From NCBI GenBank assembly GCA_028281465.1, contig JANQJV010000345.1, forward strand, positions 6,745 to 70,744: DNA of 64,000 bases. Direction: 5' to 3'. The notes below the pieces were generated by a model. That model made no database searches and had not been told where the DNA came from. It worked only from the letters and a program-made list of their open reading frames with translations. Position numbers and translations under genes: made by a program. Numbering within the stretch: the stretch's first letter is position 1; each line of letters begins with the position of its first letter. Source of the stretch: Azospirillaceae bacterium (lineage in GTDB: Bacteria; Pseudomonadota; Alphaproteobacteria; Azospirillales; Azospirillaceae). This document shows, in pieces, positions 56,639 to 64,000 of the stretch.

Positions 56639-57191
56639 TATCTTTCGAGCATTCACCAGTGCACTGGAACCGGACGATACACCAACCAGCAAATCCTGCC
56701 AACAACCGGCGGCGAAAAAAACGCCCCCGGACGTTGAATTGCGACCGGTTTTCTTGCGTCCCGGACAGAGGGCGGCGACCGGTATCGGGGAAATCTGACG
56801 AGTCGTTCGACATCGGCCGGGTAAAGTGCGGGATAAATATCTACTCTTTGACTTTAAACGTAGAGAAAAAAACTGCCAGGTATTGTTGAGCTTGGTTGAA
56901 GCAAGTCGTGGGTCGGGCATTCGTGCTGTACGTGCCGCCGGACGCCTTTGACTTGTGGATCTTGGGGATAGGTCGGCTGGAATGGCTGGATTCTTGCCCT
57001 GGTACAGACCTACGTTTGACGTTGGAGTGATCGATGCGGCGGCACAGAACATCTTGCGCATACACTCCGGGTCAGCGGCATACGCTCCGGGTCGCTGGAC
57101 GGAGTGCCAATCATCTCCACGCGTGCGATGGCACAAACGATCGGTTCCCGTTTTTCGTCATCACGCCAGAGTCACTGGGTTGGTGGCCTCG

Positions 57192-57220
57192 ATCAACCGG
57201 ACTGGATCTGTCCGGTTGAT
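57192..57220. other. perfect 11-bp inverted repeat (stem-loop) in a gene-free region
   Basis: atcaaccggac (57192-57202), 7-nt loop tggatct, gtccggttgat (57210-57220). No adjoining T-run on either strand. Confidence 0.7.
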
Positions 57221-57516
57221 TGGGGCTCGGGGGTTCGATGCGTGCGCTGATGGCGTCTGCCGAGATTGGGAAGGCTGGCTCAAGGAAGCACCCCCGTCCA
57301 CCGCGGGGCGGCAGCGTCGGTCTTGGTATCGTCGGCCTTGCCAAAAAACCCACGAGCGGTTATCTCTCCCGAACTTTTGAAACGTCACACGCGGGTAGGT
57401 TTCGGCAACACTGAATCCGGGCGGTTCGGTGCGACATCTCATCCGGTGTCTGTGCAGGGATGCCTGCGCGGATCATGCCCGCGGCGGATAAACCGGGAAC
57501 AACAAAGGTCGACCAA

Positions 57517-58335
57517 ATGGCAATGCCCATCTTTACAATGCGCCGGCTGTTGGAAGCCGGCGTCCACTTCGGACACCACACGCGCCGCTGGAACCCGAAG
57601 ATGCAGTGGTACATCTATGGTGTCCGCAACGGCGTGCACATCATGGACCTTGAGCAGACGGTGCCGATGCTGCATCGGGCGATGACCGCAATTCGCGATG
57701 TCGTTGCCGGTGGAGGCCGTGTGCTGTTCGTTGGCACCAAGCGCCAGGCGCAAGAACGGATTGCCGAAGCCGCGAGCAAGTGCGGCCAGTACTTCGTCAA
57801 TCACCGCTGGTTGGGCGGCATGTTGACAAATTGGAAGACTATTTCGCAATCGATCCGGCGTTTGCGCGAAATGGAAGATCGGTTGGCTGAGCAGAACGTC
57901 GGCTTGACCAAGAAGGAGTTACTCCAGTTGACGCGCGAGCGCGACAAACTGGAACGCGCCCTTGGTGGCATCAAGGAGATGGGAGGGCTGCCCGATATCT
58001 TGTTCATCATCGATACCAACAAGGAATCCATTGCCGTCAAGGAAGCGAACAAGCTAGGCATCCCGGTGGTCGCGGTGGTGGACAGCAACTCGGATCCAGA
58101 CGGGGTGACATTCGCTATTCCCGGCAATGACGATGCGCTTCGGGCGATTGACCTTTATTGTGAGTTGATCTCTGGTGCCGTGCTGGATGGTCTGCAGGCG
58201 GAAATGGTTGCTGCCGGCATCGATGTCGGTGCTGCGGAAGACATTGCCGACGAACCGTTGCCCGAAGAAGACGGGCACGGTGCGGTTGCGAATGCCGCGG
58301 TGGTCGAACCGGCAGCGGCCACATCGGAAGCCTGA
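57517..58335 (+). CDS. rpsB: 30S ribosomal protein S2
   Basis: [29 protein letters not shown]... canonical S2 N-terminus. Acidic C-terminal tail. Confidence 0.95.
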   Translation: MAMPIFTMRRLLEAGVHFGHHTRRWNPKMQWYIYGVRNGVHIMDLEQTVPMLHRAMTAIRDVVAGGGRVLFVGTKRQAQERIAEAASKCGQYFVNHRWLGGMLTNWKTISQSIRRLREMEDRLAEQNVGLTKKELLQLTRERDKLERALGGIKEMGGLPDILFIIDTNKESIAVKEANKLGIPVVAVVDSNSDPDGVTFAIPGNDDALRAIDLYCELISGAVLDGLQAEMVAAGIDVGAAEDIADEPLPEEDGHGAVANAAVVEPAAATSEA

Positions 58336-58493
58336 CGCGGTGAAACGCGCCGAGTGGCGGATTCGGGCGGCGGCTGCCGCACTAGGGGACCGCCCGGACG
58401 GTGGCCCCACATTGGGAATTGAGAGTGGACCGCCTTGCCGCTGGCGCGGCACGGCGCAGGCGGTTGACCGCAAAGGCGGAGCAGGGTGACGAT

Positions 58494-59420
58494 ATGGCGG
58501 AAGTAACGGCGGCGCTGGTCAAGGAGCTTCGGGAGAAGACCGGCGCAGGCATGATGGACTGCAAGAAGGCCCTGATGGAGTCGGACGGGAATCTGGAATC
58601 TGCGGTCGACTGGCTGCGCAAGAAGGGTTTGTCGGCGGCAGCCAAGAAATCAGGCCGCGTGGCCGCTGAGGGCCTGATCGCCGTCGACACCAGTGGGCAG
58701 GCTGGTGCGATGATCGAACTCAATGCCGAAACCGATTTCGTGGCGCGAAACGAGACGTTCCAAAGCGCGGCACGAACGATTGCCGCTCTGACGCTGGCCT
58801 CGGATGGCACGCTGGAGACGGTAAGGGCACTGCCGTTTCCGGGTGCTGATCGATCGGTCGTCGAAGAGCTGACCCATTTGATCGCATCGATCGGCGAGAA
58901 CATGACTCTGCGCCGATCGGCCCGCCTCAGTGTCGACGATGGCGTGGTCGCCAGTTACGTACATAGCTCACTCGCGCCCAATCTCGGCAAGATTGGTGTC
59001 GTCGTCGCCCTCGAGTCGACAGGGAACAGGGAGCGGTTGCTTGAGGTTGGCAAACACCTCGCCATGCACATCGCTGCCGCGCGCCCAGAGGTGGTGTCCA
59101 TCGAGGCTGTTGATCCGGCAGCCTTAGACCGAGAGCGGAGTGTGCTGGCGGACCAGGCACGGGCCAGCGGCAGGCCTGAGTCGATCATCGAGAAAATGGT
59201 CGAAGGCCGGTTGCGCAAATACTACGAGGAAGTTGTGCTGCTTGAGCAGCTGTTCGTCCTCGATGGCAAGAGCCGGGTCAAGACGGTGATTGAAAACCTG
59301 GCCACGGAGCTCGGCGTTCCGGTATCCGTGACCAGATTTGAGCGATTTGCCTTGGGTGAAGGGATCGACCGGGCCGAGAGCAACTTTGCCGATGAGGTCA
59401 AGGCTGCTACGCGTCAGTGA
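58494..59420 (+). CDS. tsf: translation elongation factor Ts
   Basis: [27 protein letters not shown]... UBA-like N-terminus and an EF-Ts dimerisation core. Confidence 0.95.
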   Translation: MAEVTAALVKELREKTGAGMMDCKKALMESDGNLESAVDWLRKKGLSAAAKKSGRVAAEGLIAVDTSGQAGAMIELNAETDFVARNETFQSAARTIAALTLASDGTLETVRALPFPGADRSVVEELTHLIASIGENMTLRRSARLSVDDGVVASYVHSSLAPNLGKIGVVVALESTGNRERLLEVGKHLAMHIAAARPEVVSIEAVDPAALDRERSVLADQARASGRPESIIEKMVEGRLRKYYEEVVLLEQLFVLDGKSRVKTVIENLATELGVPVSVTRFERFALGEGIDRAESNFADEVKAATRQ

Positions 59421-59617
59421 GCGCTCCGTATGTTAGGCCTACTCGGGCAATCCTTGGGCCGGATTGTTTTGTGAACGACTGGGTGAACCGCCCCGGCATA
59501 TGCCGTATATTGCGCCGGAATGTCCGCGACTGGTGAACCGAACGGGTGGGTTTGGTGTCGGGCCGATTGGCCATGGGCCAGCGTTCCCGTGCCGTTGCAC
59601 GGATGAGGGGGATCTCC

Positions 59618-60379
59618 ATGGATGTGGCGGAACCGTCGCAGGCTGGGGCAACGGCCTGTCCCTATCGGCGGGTCCTCCTCAAGGTGTCCGGCGAAGCCTT
59701 GATGGGGAAACGGGACTATGGTCTGGATGCGGAAACGCTCGATCGGGTGGCGGGCGATATCCGCACCGTCGTCGAGATGGGTATCCAGGTCTGTCTCGTG
59801 GTCGGTGGCGGCAATATCTTCCGCGGCGTCTCGGTTGCGGCCCGCAGCATCGAACGAGCGACAGCCGATTACATGGGCATGCTCGCCACGGTGATGAACT
59901 CGCTCGCCTTGCAGAGTGCCTTGGAACGTCAGGGCGTGCACACCCGCGTGCAGTCCGCCATCCCGATGTCGCAGGTCTGTGAACCTTACATTCGCCGACG
60001 CGCCGTCCGGCATATGGAAAAGAACCGGGTCGTCATCTTCGCCGCTGGAACCGGCAACCCGTTTTTCACCACCGATACCGCAGCGGCCCTGAGGGCATCG
60101 GAAATGGGCTGCAATGCCCTCTTGAAGGGGACCAAGGTCGATGGTGTCTATACGGCGGATCCGAACCAGTTTGCCTTTGCCGAACGACTCGATCGGTTGA
60201 CGTACCACCAAGTGTTGGCCCGCGACCTTAAGGTGATGGACGCCACAGCGATTTCTCTTGCACGCGAGAATGGAATCCCGATCCTGGTGTTTTCCATCAA
60301 CAAGCCGGGAGCCTTCGCGGACGTGATGCGGGGCGACGGGCGATTCACCATCATAGCGGATGAGGATAGAGGTGTCTGA
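59618..60379 (+). CDS. pyrH: UMP kinase
   Basis: [23 protein letters not shown] and [17 protein letters not shown] motifs. ATG 59618 follows GAGGGGG. Confidence 0.92.
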   Translation: MDVAEPSQAGATACPYRRVLLKVSGEALMGKRDYGLDAETLDRVAGDIRTVVEMGIQVCLVVGGGNIFRGVSVAARSIERATADYMGMLATVMNSLALQSALERQGVHTRVQSAIPMSQVCEPYIRRRAVRHMEKNRVVIFAAGTGNPFFTTDTAAALRASEMGCNALLKGTKVDGVYTADPNQFAFAERLDRLTYHQVLARDLKVMDATAISLARENGIPILVFSINKPGAFADVMRGDGRFTIIADEDRGV

Positions 60380-60929
60380 TCCAGACCTAAGCGATTACCA
60401 GCGCCGCATGGATGGCGCCCTGGAGGCCTTGCGCAAGGAGTTTGCCGGCTTGCGGACAGGGCGAGCATCGGCAAGCCTGCTTGAGCCCATCGTCGTCGAA
60501 GCCTATGGCAGCCATTTGCCGTTGCCCCAAGTCGGCACGATCAATGTGCCCGAACCACGGCTGATCACCGTGCAAGTTTGGGACCGCAGCATGACCAAGG
60601 CGGTGGAAAAAGCGATCCGTGACTCCGGTCTGGGGCTCAATCCGCAGGCTGAAGGGCAACTGATCCGTGTGCCGATTCCGGAGCTCAACCAGGAGCGTCG
60701 TCAGGAGCTGAGCAAGGTGGCGGCAAAGTACACTGAGCAAGCGCGGGTTGCGGTGCGCAATGTTCGGCGTGATGGTATGGATCACTTGAAGAAGCTGGAA
60801 AAGGCTAGTGAAATCAGTCAAGACCAGCACAAGGCCCTTTCGGAAAAGATCCAAGGCATGACCGATGGGCATATTAAGAAAATCGATGAGATGTTGAGTG
60901 TAAAAGAAAAGGAAATAATGCAGGTTTGA
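60360..60929 (+). CDS. frr: ribosome recycling factor
   Basis: [23 protein letters not shown]... and the conserved [10 protein letters not shown] region. The true start may be GTG 60372 rather than ATG 60360. Confidence 0.92.
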   Translation: MRIEVSDPDLSDYQRRMDGALEALRKEFAGLRTGRASASLLEPIVVEAYGSHLPLPQVGTINVPEPRLITVQVWDRSMTKAVEKAIRDSGLGLNPQAEGQLIRVPIPELNQERRQELSKVAAKYTEQARVAVRNVRRDGMDHLKKLEKASEISQDQHKALSEKIQGMTDGHIKKIDEMLSVKEKEIMQV

Positions 60930-60933
60930 GGAA

Positions 60934-61674
60934 ATGGTGAAGGGGTCGGAGCGCGTGTTCGAGGAGGTGCCGAGGCATGTTGCGGTCATCATGGACGGGA
61001 ACGGTCGCTGGGCCCGGGCACGCGGTATGCCGCGCATTTTTGGTCACCGCCATGGGGTCGAGGCGGTACGCCGCACCGTTAGGGCTGCGCACGATCTCGG
61101 CATCGCTTACTTGACGTTGTTCAGTTTCTCCACCGAGAACTGGCGTCGACCGGACGAGGAAGTCAACGAGCTTATGCATTTGTTGCGCATCTATCTGCGC
61201 AGCGAGTTGGCAGAACTGCACAAATCTGGTGTTTGCCTGCGCATGATCGGTGATCGTCGCCAACTGCCGAGGGATGTGGTGGCATTGGTGGAGAATGCGG
61301 AAGCATTGACGGCGGACAACAAGGAGATCACCGTCGTTATGGCGTTGAGTTACGGAGGCCGCCAGGATATTGTCAATAGCGCCCGAGAACTGGCGATGGA
61401 TGTTGCCGAAGGGCATCTGAAACCGTCCGAGATTGACGAGGCCGTCTTTGAGAGTCGGTTAGCCACGGCGCAAATCCCCGACCCGGATATGTTGGTCCGG
61501 ACCAGTGGCGAAAAACGCATCAGCAATTTCCTCCTGTGGCAATGCGCCTATGCAGAGTTGGTGTTTGTTGATACCTATTGGCCAGATTTTACCAAGCAAC
61601 ACTTGGAAGATGCGATCGAGGAGTTCCAACGCCGTGAACGGCGATATGGTGCCGTTGTCGGAACCCGGTCGTGA
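60934..61674 (+). CDS. uppS: isoprenyl transferase (undecaprenyl diphosphate synthase)
   Basis: HVAVIMDGNGRWA, FSTENWRRP and RTSGEKRISNFLLWQ motifs. Confidence 0.92.
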   Translation: MVKGSERVFEEVPRHVAVIMDGNGRWARARGMPRIFGHRHGVEAVRRTVRAAHDLGIAYLTLFSFSTENWRRPDEEVNELMHLLRIYLRSELAELHKSGVCLRMIGDRRQLPRDVVALVENAEALTADNKEITVVMALSYGGRQDIVNSARELAMDVAEGHLKPSEIDEAVFESRLATAQIPDPDMLVRTSGEKRISNFLLWQCAYAELVFVDTYWPDFTKQHLEDAIEEFQRRERRYGAVVGTRS

Positions 61675-62482
61675 GAACGCGCTGCCGCTTCGACATGAAC
61701 TGCCACTCCGGATTGTGTCCTCTCTTGTCCTCGGCCCGGCGGTGGTTGTCATCCTCAGTTTGGGAGGTCTGTTTTTTCAGGCATTCATCGTCATCGGATC
61801 GTTGATCGCGATGCAAGAGTGGTTGGCCGTCGTGCGGCGCGTGCAGCGGCGCCAAGTTTGGGCGATCTGGGCTGGCCTCGGTGTGGTGTGGAGCCTGCAT
61901 GCAGCCGGATTTTCCTACAGCACGCTCCTCACTGCGATTGGCATCGGCCTATTGGCCGGGATGATGGCGCGCCACCGTTATGTAATCGACCGTTTTTGGC
62001 TCGGGGTCGGCGTTCCGTATTTGGTGGTCAGTGGTGTTTCATTGATTTGGTTGCGCAGCCAACCGGACGTCGGTTTTACCGTGACGCTGTATCTGTTTCT
62101 CGTGATCTGGGCCTCGGATATTGGGGCTTATGTACTGGGCCGGGTGTGTGGCGGCGTGCGCCTCTTCCCGGCGATCAGCCCTCAGAAAACCTGGTCGGGT
62201 TTGGCCGGCGGCTTACTCTGCGCCGCCGGCACAGGGGGAGCGGTGGCCGTATCAACCGGGGTGTACTCGCCGCCCCTCGCCGCTGCCGTTGCCGTTCTCT
62301 TGGCTCTGGCCGGGCAGGCTGGTGATTTGTTCGAGTCCAGCCTGAAACGCCGCTATCAGGTCAAGAATAGTGGAGTCCTGATACCAGGGCACGGTGGACT
62401 GCTTGATCGGGTTGATGCACTGATCGCTGCGGCACCGGTGCTTGCCATCCTCCATGCTACAGGTGGTTTTGCCGCGTCATGA
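61646..62482 (+). CDS. cdsA: phosphatidate cytidylyltransferase
   Basis: Polytopic ORF. C-terminal CDS signature (SLKRRYQVKNSGVLIPGHGGLLDRVD). The start is uncertain: ATG 61646 overlaps the uppS end. Confidence 0.85.
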   Translation: MVPLSEPGRENALPLRHELPLRIVSSLVLGPAVVVILSLGGLFFQAFIVIGSLIAMQEWLAVVRRVQRRQVWAIWAGLGVVWSLHAAGFSYSTLLTAIGIGLLAGMMARHRYVIDRFWLGVGVPYLVVSGVSLIWLRSQPDVGFTVTLYLFLVIWASDIGAYVLGRVCGGVRLFPAISPQKTWSGLAGGLLCAAGTGGAVAVSTGVYSPPLAAAVAVLLALAGQAGDLFESSLKRRYQVKNSGVLIPGHGGLLDRVDALIAAAPVLAILHATGGFAAS

Positions 62483-63696
62483 CAGTTTCCGCCGCTACGA
62501 AATCGGACCAAGCCGAAGATTTTCCGTCGTCCACGGCCGCGACGCCGGCGAGACGGCGTGTCACCATTCTGGGATCGACAGGGTCGGTTGGCCGCAGTAC
62601 CGTGGAGTTGGTCCAAGCTCACGCCGACGCCTACTCCGTCGAGGCCTTGACGGCGCATCGCAACGTCGACGTTCTGGCCGAACAGGCATTGGCGTTGCGT
62701 CCGGCGATCGTCGTGGTGGCTGACGAATCCTGCTATGGCGCACTCAAGGCAGCCCTGTCCGGAACCGGCATGGAGATTGCCGCCGGAGCGCGGGCGGTGG
62801 TCGAGGCCGCCGAGCGTCCGGCCGACTGGGTCATGGCCGCCATTGTTGGCGCGGCTGGTCTGCCGCCCACACTGGCCGCCGCGCGGCGTGGTGCCACTGT
62901 GGCCTTCGCCAACAAGGAGTGCCTGGTCTGCGCCGGTCCGCTCATGATGGACCTGGTGGCGCGCAGCGGCGCGACGTTGCTGCCGGTCGACAGCGAACAC
63001 AACGCGATTTACCAGGTGTTCGACTTTTCCCGGCGTAGCATGGTTGAACGCTTGGTGCTCACCGCGTCCGGCGGACCGTTCTGGTCCCTCGACAGAGCCG
63101 CTATGGCCAATGTCGGACCAGAACAGGCGGTTGCCCATCCGGTCTGGGCCATGGGCGCGAAGATTTCCGTCGACAGCGCCACCATGATGAACAAGGGTCT
63201 TGAGATCATCGAGGCCCATTTTTTATTCGGCATGCCGGAGGAGCGCATCGATGTGGTCGTGCACCCACAGTCGGTCATCCACAGCATGGTTGAGTACATC
63301 GATGGCTCGGTGTTGGCGCAGCTCGGCACCCCGGACATGCGCACGCCGATCGCCTATACGCTGGCATGGCCGGACCGGCAGCGGGCGCCGGCACGGCGTT
63401 TGTCGCTGGTCGAGGTTGGCCAGCTTACCTTCGAACCGCCCAGGCCAGATCGCTTCCCCGCATTGCGGCTTGCCCGCGACGCCTTGCAAAGCGGCGGCGG
63501 GGCGCCAACTATCCTCAATGCTGCGAACGAAGTCGCGGTGGCGGCGTTTCTGAACCGATCGATCGGCTTCCTGGATATCGAACGGGTGGTCGAAGCGACG
63601 CTGTCTTTTGTGCCGCCCGCGACGCCGAAGAGCTTGGACGACGTCATGGCGTTGGACCAGTCGGCTCGACGGGCAGCGCGGCGGTTTGTTGGTTAG
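62479..63696 (+). CDS. dxr: 1-deoxy-D-xylulose 5-phosphate reductoisomerase
   Basis: ILGSTGSVG NADPH motif, LANKE(C)LV, and the DSEHNAIYQ and NKGLEIIEA motifs. The start overlaps the cdsA stop (ATGA). Confidence 0.95.
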   Translation: MTVSAATKSDQAEDFPSSTAATPARRRVTILGSTGSVGRSTVELVQAHADAYSVEALTAHRNVDVLAEQALALRPAIVVVADESCYGALKAALSGTGMEIAAGARAVVEAAERPADWVMAAIVGAAGLPPTLAAARRGATVAFANKECLVCAGPLMMDLVARSGATLLPVDSEHNAIYQVFDFSRRSMVERLVLTASGGPFWSLDRAAMANVGPEQAVAHPVWAMGAKISVDSATMMNKGLEIIEAHFLFGMPEERIDVVVHPQSVIHSMVEYIDGSVLAQLGTPDMRTPIAYTLAWPDRQRAPARRLSLVEVGQLTFEPPRPDRFPALRLARDALQSGGGAPTILNAANEVAVAAFLNRSIGFLDIERVVEATLSFVPPATPKSLDDVMALDQSARRAARRFVG

Positions 63697-63759
63697 GGCA
63701 TGGTCCCCACGGTCCTACAGGGACCGGGTGCTCTGGTCCTGTGGGTGATATATCTGTCG

Positions 63760-63796
63760 ATCGTTGGCGCGGATTGATGCAGTTCGCGCCAACGAT
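63760..63796. other. perfect 12-bp inverted repeat downstream of dxr
   Basis: atcgttggcgcg (63760-63771), 13-nt loop, cgcgccaacgat (63785-63796). Only a weak T content follows (ggtttct). Confidence 0.6.
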
Positions 63797-63972
63797 GGTT
63801 TCTGGAGCACGTGCCCGGTCCATGGCTCGGGGGCGGTGTTCTGGACTGTTGAGGCCGGTGCAGATCGCCGTGGCAGGTCGACCAGGCCTGGGCGGGAGGA
63901 GCACTGGATCGGACTTGGCCGACCCGTCGACCGGGCCGGTACGACACGCCCCAAAGAGAAAGGTGGAAGGGC

Positions 63973-64000
63973 ATGGAACTCCTCGGCGGCCTGTGGGACT
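63973..64000 (+). CDS. possible 5' end of RIP metalloprotease gene (rseP), truncated by the window edge
   Basis: ATG 63973 (MELLGGLWD...) preceded by AAAGGTGGAAGG. rseP is expected here from the usual cdsA-dxr-rseP synteny. Only 9 codons are visible. Confidence 0.3.

Noticed and set aside
57225-57245. tRNA/tmRNA T-arm-like string gggggttcgatgc
   Set aside because: There is no complementary strand to close a T-stem, no acceptor stem and no anticodon arm nearby. I saw no tRNA-like cloverleaf anywhere in the window.

Overview
High-GC (about 62-64%) chromosomal segment that looks alphaproteobacterial, probably Rhodospirillales-like, judged from gene content and synteny. That assignment is an inference; no database search was possible. 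The window is mostly housekeeping genes: glnD, murJ, trpS, msrA, hrpB, kdsB, pheA, trmB, metK, minCDE, phoH, a SCO1-type copper chaperone, the ATP synthase F0 genes, an ECF sigma/ChrR pair, rlmN, and the rpsB-tsf-pyrH-frr-uppS-cdsA-dxr cluster. Accessory-type loci are an orphan TRAP dctQM pair, a binding-protein plus hybrid histidine kinase pair, a padR-MFP-RND efflux locus with a nearby tetR, and a phasin-like gene. I saw no rRNA, tRNA, CRISPR array or intact mobile element; there is one short IS630-family transposase relic. The most unusual observations are: (1) a rearranged F0 locus with two divergent c-subunit genes upstream of atpI and none between atpB and atpF'; (2) three tandem paralogous small Cys-containing membrane proteins, plus a fourth small membrane ORF, between glnD and murJ; (3) a DctM permease with a C-terminal tail of four GDFGDLF repeats; (4) a clean intrinsic terminator with no assigned gene upstream of phoH; (5) a conserved promoter-like element present twice, once without a gene; and (6) a coiled-coil protein built from 14-residue repeats next to an 880-bp gene-free region. 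Product calls rest on motifs recognised by eye in the supplied translations, and many start codons are uncertain. Many long ORFs in the track are out-of-frame or antisense artefacts typical of high-GC DNA.
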